From NCBI GenBank assembly GCA_951804945.1, contig OX638149.1:80290001-80354000 (forward strand): 64,000 nucleotides of DNA, written 5' to 3'. Made by a program: the position numbers and the translations under genes. This stretch comes from Podarcis cretensis. Its lineage: Eukaryota. The notes beneath the pieces were generated by a model that was given only the letters and a program-made list of their open reading frames with translations, was not told the DNA's origin and did not search any database. Positions 12,131 through 24,710 of this stretch are shown one piece after another (position 1 is the stretch's first letter; each line of letters begins with the position of its first letter).

Positions 12131-15100
12131 GCGAACGATATCTGGGAAAGCTACCTAGAGATCCATCCGCCGGGCCCCGAGTGAAAAAGTCCTCGAGTCC
12201 CCTCACGACGACCCTGCGGCGCAGCAACAACAAACCCAGGCACGGTCCTTCCTTCCGCGAGGAACACCGGGCGCCCCGAGCCAGACCCACTGAGGCAAAT
12301 CCTCGCTGCGCGCTGAAGTCTTTTGTCTTCCTTCCAGACCCCCTGTTTTCCTCGCACAGCCAAAAGAAGCGCCTCCTGCTTGTGTGCTCCAAAAGCGGCG
12401 GAGGGACACGGCAGGCTGGGCGAAGACCTCCTTGCGAGGGAGCGGAGGAATACGCCGCCAAAGAGATTCTTACCTTAGCGTTTTAACTCCACAGGCCGGA
12501 GCGAGGTACAGCAACCCATCCCCGTTCGCCTCTGCAGTTTCTACACCTCTCCCCGCCGCGGAAGGACACCATGAAGGCCGTTTGCACGCTTACTCGCAAG
12601 ATTCGGTGCGGAGGGATACACATATAAACAAGGCCTGCTCAGTATAGTTTGAGAACCCGAAAGAAACCATTAAAAAAAAAAAATCAATCCGCCCCTTTCC
12701 CCGCAGCCCTTTAAATAAGCTGGAGCCTCAAGCGAAGACTGTCAGGGCAGTTTGAGTTGAGTGTAGATTTGGTGGGTCGTCATACGGCAGGCTACCTAAT
12801 AATCCTTGCGCGTTGTAACTAGCCAAGCCGAACGTGGCTCACCGGTCATGTTATGGCCCACCAGGAACTCGACATGCCTTTTATTTTTGCTGCCAGAAAT
12901 GGAGTTGTCAAGTCTCTACTTAAGCTGAAGATACGACATGGTTGATGGGCTCCGTTCGATTTGGGGGCAAGGTGTCCCGCATTGTGTAGACCTGCGTTAC
13001 TGTGTCCTGATCCAGACCCGCTCCCCCTCCTGACTTCCATCACCAGCTTGGGTGGGGTTTAAAAATCTCCATGACTCCTCCCCCCCAGCTCATCGGTGGC
13101 TTTTCTGCCTCATAGGGTCCCCCCTTCTTTTCCTTGTCCTCTCAAGTTCATCGAGCAAAAGGGAAGGTGACAGGGTGCTTGTCACCTGGGGAGTCGGGTC
13201 TATGCTGTCAGTATGCAAAGCAGCATTTTAAATAAACGCCTCGTGGAAAAAGAATTATTCACACCACTTTGGGTGTCAAGAGTAAAAATGACTCCCTGTG
13301 AATAGGAAGGACCTCGACTGTGCCCTGCTAACACGCTGTTTGGTGCTACAGTGTTTATACACTTCACAAGAGAATATAGCAGCAAGGTGTCCTGCGAACA
13401 AATGCCCTTAAAATGAGAAAGGAATTCCTTTACTTGCTCTACCCAAGTCCTTCAGTGTGCCTTGAGGGCTACATTTAAAGGGCCTGGCCAGCGTTGATTT
13501 GCAAGAGAAAAATGGAAGGTTTCTATCTTATCTCCTTTCCCCTTTCATTGCCATAGATGTGGAAGTCGTCTAGTCGCCGTTTGCAAGCAATTTTGATGCC
13601 TCCGAAAGAAAAAGGAAATTAGCTTTTTGCGTATGTTCATTTTAACGTCTGAAGCAGTGAAACTTAGATCGTAGCAGCTACTTCCGTGTTTAGGGGGGGC
13701 ATGTATCTTGCAGTTCCGATCGCGGAAGTAGCAGCTGCAATATCCCCGTGTGTCCTCACGTCAAACGTTACACTGTTCATGCAAGTAGGCCTCGTGTGTG
13801 AGCAAGTTACTCGCAGATCAGCTGGCTGAGCTAATATCTGCACCGGCAAGCACTTTGTTTTCTCCTTTCTAAACCCTGTCTAGAGCCCAGCAGCATTTCC
13901 TCAAGCATTCTCTCTCTACCCCCCTCCCACTTGCTGTTGTGTATTGAGAAAGAGGGAGGGCATTATGGTAGAGACATTGCTTTTAATTGCTTCAGATTAA
14001 CATATGAATCAAATAAGATGAATAGTGTGGAATCTGAGGAAAATTGGAACATTCCCCCCATAAGTTCCCAAGGTCATATGTCAAGAGCACAATTTTACAA
14101 ATATTTTAGTATAACTTTCTTTCTAGATTTTACCTGTTGAATTAAAAAACAAAACAAAAAAATTTTGGCCTTATGACCACTTTCTCTTCTAATAAGCCAC
14201 TAACCCTGAGGAAGCCAATTTAAAAACAAACAAACTGCCTTTACTCTGGTGGTACCTTTAAGGGCAGCTTGATATACAGAAATGTAACCAGTGAAGCTTT
14301 TTCCTACATAAGGAAAGAATAATCCTGGGAAAAGCTTCATCTGATACATTGTCTGTCACATTGACATTAAAGGCACAGAAGGAGAGCTGGGGTTGGGTGG
14401 GTATGGCAGGTCCACTCAAAACACTGCAGTACAGTATATATAACACAAAGTCAGGGGCGTGAGTGTTACAGTGTAAGTTACTCAGTTGCACATATAGCAG
14501 GCTGCCTAAACTAGTGTGCAGTAACACTAAGTGTGACAATAGGCAGTATGAACTCACATGCATGTGTGTGTTTTAATGCTGTTAGTGCCCTGATGGATTA
14601 TGCATTGCATTAACCCACTTCCTATGGATTACCCTGAATTCTCCCAAACAAACAGAGCAGTGCAATGACCCTTGGTCATAATTTTGCAATGTGAAATGGA
14701 AACAAGAAGAGGATAACCAGTACAACCCAACTCAAACTTGCATTTTTCATGAAGAGACCTACTGCTGATGTATAATTGTTCTTGTAAAATAGAGGTTTCA
14801 GAATTTCTACCTTCAAAACACCATTTCCACATAATCTCAAGAGAACTGGACTACCATAAATTGTGGCACAAGCAACTGTTTCCATAGCATTGAGAATCTT
14901 TATAGTACAGCAGTTCACATACAATACTTGCTGTGGTTCTCTTGTCTGGCAAACAGAGGCCCTGATCTGCTGCACATTCTTAACACACCAATGTATTATT
15001 TAGGCTACCTCCCCACAAAGCCAAACAAGTATACTCCTCTATTGGGTGTCTTCCCATTTAGTCATGGAAAGCTGCTTTATGATGACGTTGTATCTTTGTC

Positions 15101-18100
15101 GACATCTGGCTACAGGAAGCAATTCCCCTGTTGCTCCTATAGGATGTTCTGCAGAGAAATCCTATATGGATATTTCATCTCTGTGGAACTTTAAGCTCTG
15201 TTCTTTTGACTCACCATCCTTTGATGAGCCTACTGGGATATGGGTCTTTGATGGTAGGAGCTTCCTAGTCTGCAAGGCTGGCTTCTACTTCAGAGGGAAG
15301 ACACCTCCTTCAAGGAGCTAGTGGTGGTTCTACCTCAGGGTTAAGCTCATTACACCCGCTTAGCTGGATCTGTACCCTCTCCAACTGGGTACGGTAATTA
15401 ATTGCTTCATGTGCATACAAACACATTCTGCTGCTAGTTTCCGTGACTTTACAATCAGGAAATGAAAATAGTATTGAGTTAATCTCTGGTCCCAAGAATA
15501 GGAAAGACAACCACTTCTCATTTGTTTAAGTTTTTGTTTTAAAGGTTCATTGTCATTGACATTTGCACACAGAAAATAAGAATAAGTGACAAATACAAAA
15601 ATGCTTGAAGACAGTTGTTGAAATGTATTGCATTTATTTAAAAACAGCATCAGAGTGTTACAGGTGATCAATACTAGATGGCATTCTCTTAAAAATAAAT
15701 GGCTGTAATTCATTTGAGGGCTCTACCGATGTCATAAGTTGCTAATATGCAGGCAACGTAATTTGTTAACAGCTGGAACCATCCTATGGGGAAGTACTCC
15801 ATTGTATTATATCAGGCACTGGAAAGTGATCTTAATAAAATATGGAAATATTTCAATATAACCTTTTGAATATGTTGATCTTTCACATGTTCCTCAATAC
15901 AGCCTTTTAAATATGTGGATTTTGCACTGAGGTAATATCTCCAGAGAATGGATGCCTTCTTTTCTCAAAGCAAGCAACAGCAACCCAAATATATTCTCGC
16001 ATCCGCCAATATATGTCCATTTCCCTTTTTTCAAATGGTATTTAAGAGCTGTGACTACTTAAATAAATAAGTTGTAGTATTTTCTCCCCACTCTTTACCT
16101 GAAAAAGCTCCTATAGCAGCTTATGTAAGATCAATAACACAAGATAGTCCCTGCCCTCCAGCTGGCTTGAAATCTAAAAGGCAGGACACAAAAAGAAAAG
16201 GGGACCAGGAGCAAAGGAGAAAACAAGCACATTCAGGCAGCAGTTCTTAAAGTTACAAAGCTCTTACAGTGTCCAGCTGGAATTGAAACAGTTCAGGGAG
16301 AAAAAGGCAAAGTGAGTTGGTCTTTCAGCAGAGATGTGGGAGCAGGTCTTGTTTCCCTAGTTTTCCCTCTGTTTATGCTGCAGACTTCCAAAATTGAATG
16401 TAGATAGATAGGTTGACTACAGCTGCTGTCACACACCACATATTTAATTGAAAGCTGCAACAGTCTGATGAGGAAGAAGAGAACAGCTAGTACTGTATTG
16501 AGGTGGGGAAAAGGTTCATTCCCCCAAACTAGTAGTAAGCAGGAAATCTACAATATCTGTACACATGCACCTATTTCACAACTTTCCCGTGCAAAAAACT
16601 CAAAGGTCTTAGTGGCTCAGTTGTGACTGGACAAGGGGAGGGAAGGGTTACTCTGACAATAGCAGTTCAGCATATGGATTATTATTATTTTTAACCCCCT
16701 GCAATTAACCTTCATAGACAGTCACCACCCACTGTATTTTTTCTGGATATGCATCTTACAGCTAAGCTTTACTATACAATGACTTGACAGGTCTCAACTG
16801 GTTTGTAAGTTTGGAGTCACTAGGGAAGTGGAACCAGTGGCCACTGAAGAGACTGCCTCTGTTCCTTTTGGAAATCATGCTGCAGAATCCTCTAATGCAA
16901 TAATCAAAAATCTATCCACAAGTTAATTCTGTTGTCACTTGCATGGAATCCAAAGCATGAAAATATGTCTGCTTCAGGATGAACTGTTAGTCAAACTTTT
17001 GAATTGCCATTTCTCCCTCATCATTGAATCTCGACATAAATATCATCAAGCAGCTCTTACTGATGTGCTTGATATTTTAATTGGCTGCATTGTTATACTA
17101 TGTTTTGGTCTTCATAGTGCCTTGTGATATTTTATAAGAAAGTGTAGATTATCAATATTTTAAATAAATAAAAAATGTCATTTATTTTTTTTAAAAGCTC
17201 TTTGCTGATTATGAAATTGTCTTCCAGGGATCATGGGGAAATAATTAGTATAGCAACCATGTGACAAAAATGAAGGCCTGATCATGTGGTAATATTACTC
17301 ACAAGTATTTCATAGCTGGAGTTCTAGAAATTTCCCTTTATTTCTTTACACAGGTGAACACTACTCACTCTAAGCGGTTGGGTCATCAAATGCCAGCCTC
17401 TCTTACATCATACCATCATGACTGTCAACAAGCAGCTCTGAGAAAGCTCTTTTGATGAAGTAATTCTTTCCAGAGCTAGCCTTCTTTGACAGTGTGTACA
17501 TTTGAAACACAAGATCTCTGAACCTCACAGTTCTCCCCAAGGCCTTTGTCAAATGTTGTGATAATATTAAAATATAGTGCAAAGTTTTATTCAAAGCAAG
17601 CTCATCCTCGTATGGAGTTATATAAACCAGTTGACTATATTGTCTTTGGTGCTAGCTGTGGTTGTACCTTGCCTCTAAACCAATTCTTGCTGTTTTTACT
17701 CCTTGTTCCTTCTCTCACTAAGTGGTCAGTTTTGTCTTTTGGAGATTTTGTATAAAGAGAACTCACTTATGGCAGTGATGGAGATAGAGGAGCTAATTTG
17801 CTCTCTCTTCATCACATTGATCATTCTGCCACTTCCTCCCTGTCTTGTTAGGACCACAGACCATGCTGTCACTTCCTATAAAGTGACATTTATTTCTTGC
17901 TCAGTTACCACATGACAGATGTGGAGGTATTTATCACTATTCAAATCACACTTTTCTTGTAAGTTAGTTCTGACTAAGGGCAGTGTGCTGAAAAAGAGAG
18001 GGCTCCTACACCTTTAATAGAAAATAGGTTATTTCAGCATCTCACCTTTTTCACCTGGCTATCGTATTTATTACCCTTCCTCAGCTGCATTTTGCAATAC

Positions 18101-18104
18101 TGAC

Positions 18105-18192
18105 AGTGGAATCATGCACATACCTTCTTGGAAGTAAGTCCCACTGAGTTCAACGGGACTTACTTCCAGGTAGGTGTGAACAGAATTGCAGC
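18105..18192. repeat. Short palindromic MITE-like hairpin element
   Basis: Perfect 13-bp stem ggaagtaagtccc / gggacttacttcc around a 12-nt loop. Confidence 0.6.
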
Positions 18193-18215
18193 CGCAAAAG
18201 GTCCAAAACAAAATA

Positions 18216-18441
18216 CAGTGGTACCTCGGGTTAAGAACTTAATTCGTTCTGGAGGTCCGTTCTTAACCTGAAACTGTTCTTAACCTGAAGCACCACTTTA
18301 GCTAATGGGGCCTCCCGCTGCCGCCACACCGCAGCTGCGCGATTTCTGTTCTCATCCTGAAGCAAAGTTCTTAACCTGAGGTACTGTTTCTGGGTTAGCA
18401 GAGTCTGTAACCTGAAGAGTCTGTAACCCGAGGTACCACTG
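18216..18441 (+). mobile_element. Tc1/Mariner (Tigger-like) MITE, copy 1
   Basis: Perfect 18-bp TIR CAGTGGTACCTCGGGTTA, TA TSD; three copies in the window. Confidence 0.92.
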
Positions 18442-19047
18442 TAGTTACTTACTGTGAGAGAGTGATAAGGAACTCTCTATCTGGAATAGGCAGCCTGTAA
18501 CAACAACTACCCTGGTTGTGGAACTGGGAAAGTTTGAAACCTCTCATGATAGCCACCTACTGAAGTGACACAATTTATCTGTTCAAATCACAGAATTCTA
18601 CTTTGTAAGTCTCAAAACTTTAGAAACTAATGGGTATAAATTGGCTTAAAGGAGCTAAAGAATTTCCTGAAAGATAGCATTTTGTTTTTGCTTCTGACCC
18701 ATCACTCTTTGTTTAAAACTTGGAGGGAAAGAGATTCCATTTGTCTACAAGAGCATGCAATTCTCCTCAGGTTGTTTTTCCTCATTTGGCAGACAAGGAC
18801 TGCCTTGTTTCCACTTCATCTGCAAATAAATCAAGAAATCTGTCAGTGCATGGCATCTGCTTGAGAAATAAGAAGAGAAAAAGAAAATATGTTGATAGAA
18901 AATACCTAAAGCTTATAAGGGCAGCATTTGTTTGTTTTTACAATGAAACTGAAATTCCAAAATGTAAATTTCCCCCAAAGACTGCTGAAGCTCAACATGA
19001 GATTATTACTTGCCAATAGGTAATTGTTTGTACGTAACTCATCCTGG

Positions 19048-19321
19048 GGGATGCGGGTGGTGCTGTGGGTTAAACCACAGAGCCTAGGACTTGCCATTCA
19101 GAAGGTCGGCGGTTCGAATCCCCACGACGGGGTGAGCTCCCATTGCTCGGACCCTGCTCCTGCCAACCAAGCAGTTCGAAAGCACGTCAAAGTGCAACTC
19201 TGGTTCGCCAGACATGACCCGGAAGCTGTACACCGGCTCCCTCAGCCAATAAAGCGAGATGAGCGCCGCATCCCTAGTGTCGGCCACGAGTGGACCTAAT
19301 GGTCAGGGGTCCCTTTACCTT
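19048..19321 (+). mobile_element. Sauria SINE (appears internally deleted)
   Basis: tRNA-like head with B box GGTTCGAATCC, ccctttaccttt tail, 13-bp TSD TAACTCATCCTGG (19035-19047 and 19322-19334). Confidence 0.9.
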
Positions 19322-20318
19322 TAACTCATCCTGGAGGTTCAATTCTGATTCATTCCTATCAGTGCTATTGCACAATGTAATTGCTATCCCTGCTAACCTC
19401 TGCTGTAACATCCACCTTTCGTTCCAGCATCCTTTTCCCATCTCTTTAAGCTCTCCTCTAGCAGCCCCCAAATTCTTACATCCTCCTCCCTCTTGCTCAT
19501 TCTCCACCACAACTGGTCCCCTCTCTTCAGTTCAGGACTCATCTCTTTAGATCATTCTTGGATCGTGCTATTCTCTACAGCTTGGTTGTTGCATTCTAGT
19601 TGAGTTCTTCTTTTGCACAATTGTTTTCTTAAGCATGTTGCACAAGCCCCACAACCCACCCTTTATTTTGTCCATTAATAAAATCCATTATCTACCATTG
19701 GAATTCTCCATTCATTTGCCGTACTCTTGAAAGGATAACTGAATCTTGGAAGGGTTTCCTCCCTGCCCCCTTTTTCTTCTAGTCATTTACTTCCTTGAAA
19801 CCTACCTATTAACATCATGTGAATCAATAAGGCTAAATGATTTTAAAAGTTCTTTTAGCTCTTAGTTAGTCCCTGTTGTACAATTCCACCAGCTGCAACA
19901 ATAATAGGGCCATTTATTTAAAACAATGAGATAGATCCAATTATAATTCAACTTTGTCTTTTCCCACATCTGGGCCAGTTTTGATATAACCCTTTGCATC
20001 TTCCCAGTGAAAGTGTGGTTTGTAACATTATCACTTTGCAGTGATTTGCCCAACTTAGTATTTAAAGAGCTCTGGGGTTGGTTTGTCCCTACTCACATCC
20101 TTCTCTGACTCAAGAGAGTACCTGTATAATATCAATGGTTTCTGAATCCCTTGATGACTCTTTTCTCAGTACCCAAGTTTCATGGAGTCATTCTAACACT
20201 CAGCAACTCAGTTTAAAAAAAATGATAGAACTAGCAAATTCATGTAGAAAAACCATCCCTGCAGAAGCAAATGATTCTTTAAAAAAAGGCGGGGGGAGAA
20301 AAATGACTAATTAAAGTA

Positions 20319-20555
20319 CAGTGGTACCTCGGGTTACATACACTTCAGGTTACATACGCCTCAGGTTACAGACTCCGCTAACCCAGAAATATTACTTTTA
20401 CTTTGGGTTAAGAACTTTGCTTCAGGATGAGAACAGAAATCCCGCAGCAGCAGTGGGAGGCCCCATTAGCTAAAGTGGTGCTTCAGGTTAAGAACAGTTT
20501 CAGGTTAAGAACGGACCTCCAGAACGAATTAAGTTCTTAACCCGAGGTACCACTG
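20319..20555 (-). mobile_element. Tc1/Mariner MITE, copy 2 (inverted relative to copy 1)
   Basis: Same TIR and TA TSD; internal sequence is the reverse complement of 18216-18441. Confidence 0.92.
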
Positions 20556-22198
20556 TACCAGTAGCCTGGAGAAGCCTCAAGAGTGCTTTGCCACTCCACA
20601 TAGGACAAGCTGGTGTTGCAATTGCATTTTTTAAAATGAACTACATGGTGTATGAAGAACTACCTCCTTTTATCTGTTCTGAATCCCTCAACAGTCAACT
20701 TCATTGGATGACCCCATGTTCTACTATTATGAGAAACAGAGAAAAACTTTTTATATTCCCTTTCCCCACACTATGCATAATTTTATACAATCCTGTTGTG
20801 TCCATTTACTTCTCCCCACACTTAGCTATTTTTCTAAACTGGAAGTCCCAACATTGTAGCCTTCCCTAATGGGGGTGGGGCTTCTGACCTTTGATAATTT
20901 TCAAATTTTTAGGATGTGTTTTCCAGACTTCAAAGAACAGCATTATATTTGACTACAAGGAATCAATATTTGAATCTTACCTCAGAAACCCTCTTTGCAT
21001 TCCTGCTACCATGTCATAGCCACTTTCCCAAAGCTGCAATAAATATGAGAATCCTGCCACCATATGGTTGAGATAAAGTCTTCCCCCCCACCTCCAGGAG
21101 GAAGGGCAGGAATCAGGTGGAAAAGAAATGTGCCATCAGCCCTGCTCACACTGCTCCAATCTTTAGACACATAACACACAGGTGTGAGGCTGCACCACTG
21201 GAATGTGTCTTCCAAGTCGTGTCACAAGGCAGGGCCATTGGCGACTTAGCTAAAGAGGCTGTAGGCAATAGCTGGTTATGTACAGCTGCCCTGTAATGTC
21301 ACTTAATTTGTTCTGGAGAATTGTTTGATTACAGCAGTTTAGCTGTACTTTGGCTCTTATTATTATGACTAATTTATGATTTATCGAAGCCAGCCTCCAC
21401 GTTATCTCTGAATTATACTGCAATTGTTCTCTTACTATCTACACTGTAAATCAGTACACACAGTGTCTTAATGTGTTGGTTATTATGGACTGAAGAACAC
21501 CTTAAAATGATGTCCTGGCCTACTTGGAAGACATTTTACAGACCCTAAAGAAGACAATGCTCATCTGTTTGAACCCCCTGACTGCAGCTGGCTTCTTCTT
21601 TTCTGCTGCAGTCTCTTGTCTGAAAATTGCAGAGCAGCACACAGCAGCTGCCGTTGTTGCCTCACAGCTTCCTGGAGCCTGATCTGTCAAACAGGAGCCA
21701 CTGTAGGCTTCTCCCCAATCATCTCTCCCCTCTGTGCCAAATGTCTGGAGAACAGGGATGGAGGGGAAACAAGCAGCTTTCAAATCCCAAGGCACAGTCT
21801 TCCTTCTTTCTTTCTGTCCTTTCTTGAATTTAGCAAGGCTTGCTTATGTCAACTGGCCAGAAGAGAAAAGATTTTGGTTCAGGTTACAAAGATCTTCTTG
21901 AGTGGGTGCAATTGCTTCTGCACAGATACAGGGCTTTTCTGACAATGGAAGCTCAGCCTTGCATGCTATGCAATTCTTAATTTACAGTGCAGCTTGCTGC
22001 TGATGCAAGCCAACAACTGAAAGGTGAGGCTGAGAAAATCTGCCCAATGCTACATGCCCCTTGAAATCCCAGGAATTTATTGGATCCCCAAATATTTGCA
22101 CCTACCAGTGGCTTGGCAGGGAAAGGGCAACTCTCCAACCCCATGCCTGTCTCTTAGGTTACACAGAACAGAGGTTGAACCAAGACATTCTGCTGCCT

Positions 22199-23911
22199 GA
22201 GGTGAAAGATGACACCTTCCCATTCCACATATAAGAGCTGAACGGGATGGAAGCTGAATCTTACTTAAACTGGCAATGGGTCAAGGTCCTCTACTCTATC
22301 TGGAGGAAGCTTGCTATCTTAGAGAGTGCAGATAAAACCCCTTGTCTTGGATCCTAAAGTAAGAGATTGGAAAGCATTTTCTCTTTCCCCTTCTGTCTCT
22401 TGCATATACTTGCTAGCCCTGAAAAGCCCCTCTGTAAACAGCCCCTCCTGAACCGTATGGGATGGGTAGGTAAGAGGGAAATACAGTTGACCTGAATTTG
22501 AATGATTCCGTTTTGGTCAACAGCCTTCTGTAACCCATCACACATTGTTCAGAAGGGACCGCTGAGTCTCTGGAAATATTTTTCAGTGGGTGCTGATAGT
22601 GTGGGGTGGGGAAGAGGGGATGGGAAATGTTCCTTTCTTGAATGTCCTTCAATTCACTTGTCTTATGAGTCATAATGGCTACAATCTACCAGAACCTTTT
22701 GAAAACATTGAAAATCCTGAAACACAAGTTCTCACCACTGTTCATTGATCCTGTACATGCCAACTTTACTGATCTACCAGGAAACTGCATGACTAACCTT
22801 CAAGAAGAGGATCACTATTTGATAAGCCCCATTAATCCATTCTGGGTTCAGAGTTAAATGTACTTGGCTTGAAACAAAAAATGGATCAACATGATTTACT
22901 GAATGCACATTCCCTGTCCCTGTGGTTTACTAGGATAGCAACCTCGACGGCAGATTTGTTGAGTTTAAGTCAAAAATTATTTAAACTTGCTTAATGGATT
23001 TAGGCTGCATGCCTTTCTTCCTACCTGAAACTGAGAAACTGCAGAGCATCTGGGCTGGATGTTTTATGATACCAAATTTCCTTTTACTTCTGCCAGGGCA
23101 TCCTCTAGGGTTTTTTCCCTTCTGTTTTCAAGGACTCTGTAGTTGTGACTGTGCCCTTTGTTCATTGCTACAAAAATGGCAGGTGCAAGTGAAGGGTTGC
23201 ACAGCCTGGGCACACTTCTTAATAATGTGCATGCCTGATGTTCTTAGTGACAGACGGCAGGAGATTAACTTGTTGTGGTCTTCCTAGTTTTGTTCCCTTG
23301 ACATAGCAGAAAGGGGGGGGGAGAGAAAGAGAATTTTCTTTCCCTCTCTTTTACTAAGTATAACCACCTACAAACAGCTGTAGAAGGGATCAGGAAAATG
23401 GCCCAATAATTCTGAGAGCTAATGTTACAGGGCTCTGGAAAAGAAACAGCAAAGAGGGATTTCAGTTTTTCCTCCTTGCTCTGTGAGAGAACATTTGGTC
23501 TTGACTATAAGCTCTCATATTTTACTAAGCACTTTTGTATGGGATGTATTAACCCAGACTAAATTTTTCATAGGACAGTTCCTAGAGCCACTGGTGAGAT
23601 TTGTGGCAATTCTAGGCACACTAAGGAAGAATCCTGAAGTCTGTGCGTCCAAACACAGAGAGAGACGTGTTATCCATCAATACCCATTCTAGATTCCATG
23701 GCAAGTACTTGGCTGTCAGTATGAATTCGGGGGGAAATAGCGTCATTCTGTGCTTTAGGATCCAAGACAATGAGTTTTAACTGCACTCTCTAAGATAGCC
23801 AGCTTCCTCCAGGTAGAGTAGAGGACCTTGACCCATTGCTTGTGTTTAAGTAAGATTCAGCTTCCAGTCCATTCAGCTCTTATATGTGGAATGGGAATGT
23901 GCCATCACCTC
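22199..23911. repeat. Inverted repeat pair, arms 22199-22359 and 23753-23911
   Basis: About 160-bp arms are reverse complements with few mismatches (e.g. cccattccacatataagagctgaa / ttcagctcttatatgtggaatggg). Confidence 0.9.
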
Positions 23912-24144
23912 GTTTGTTTCTTATAGGATTAAATGTGTTTCTGAAGTTGAGGGAGGAGAAAATGTATAAAACTCTACCTAGAACATCATAAGGAGCCAGC
24001 TTGTTGATGAAAGTCCAAGCCTGTGGTGATTAACTAGCTCAACATCAACCAATCAACATCAGATCCTGGTCTAAAATATTCCACTGCTGATCCAAATGGG
24101 AATCCTTATTTCCTCTTCAGGGAGCTTTTGATATTATGGACAGT

Positions 24145-24490
24145 AAGAGACAGCCGATATATTTACTGTGAACATTCTCCAACCAAGCACAGAATGCCTT
24201 GAACCTAGGAAACGCTTGCGATTTCTGCTCGAGCATAAACACATGAATGTACCTGGAAAAAGAATCAATTAGAACCATGAAGTACCTTGCTCCACCCAAA
24301 GAGGGCGCAAGTGGACCAACCAGGTCTGCGTGGACTAGCTGGTAGGGTTTGGAAGCCTGCCTGCTAGACTCCTTGCCTTTTGGAGCAACCTTCACCTTGT
24401 TCTCTGCACAAGATACACATTTCATGTGAAACTTACAGGGTTTGATGTTCAAACCCTGAACCAATTCAGGCATCTTGGCCTGGGAGTCGA
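24145..24490 (-). pseudogene. Ty1/Copia integrase N-terminal fragment
   Basis: CVSCAENK zinc ligand pair and LVHADLVGPL..SLGGARYFMVLIDSFSRY motif; breaks off before the second catalytic Asp. Confidence 0.9.
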
Positions 24491-24498
24491 GCCAAGCA

Positions 24499-24529
24499 GG
24501 CGCAGCGGAAGCGTGCTGGGCCCATAACC
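24499..24529 (+). pseudogene. Initiator tRNA-Met 5'-half fragment (nt 9-39) fused to a Copia U5 end
   Basis: GGCGCAGCGGAAGCGTGCTGGGCCCATAACC is identical to vertebrate tRNA-iMet nt 9-39 as recalled. No 3' half follows, so it is not a tRNA gene. Confidence 0.88.
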
Positions 24530-24710
24530 TGTTGTTGGGATACTGCCAGGGAGACATCAGCCATCAAGGCCCCCACGTCGATTCCAGACAATCCAACGAC
24601 CTCCCTGGCCAATTAGCCAGCCAGAGTTCAAAGACTCTCTGCCGCGGCAAGTTTTCCACATACCTCACAGCAGTCTGTCGCAGTCTTACTCTCCTGTAAG
24701 TGCCGTGAAT

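Larger units (their letters stand above)
10880..13000. promoter_or_regulatory. CpG island / KMT5B promoter
   Basis: GC-rich and CpG-dense against an AT-rich, CpG-depleted background; upstream of the first coding exon; GC box ccgccc near 12689. Confidence 0.9.

Noticed and set aside
10687-12647. Many overlapping 60-160 aa ORFs in the CpG island
   Set aside because: Expected from stop-codon scarcity in GC-rich DNA; no recognisable domains.
14629-15510. Cluster of short ORFs that looked exon-like
   Set aside because: Stops in all extended frames and no recognisable homology.
24495-24570. Functional tRNA-iMet gene
   Set aside because: Only the 5' half is present; no T arm, B box or acceptor 3' strand follows.
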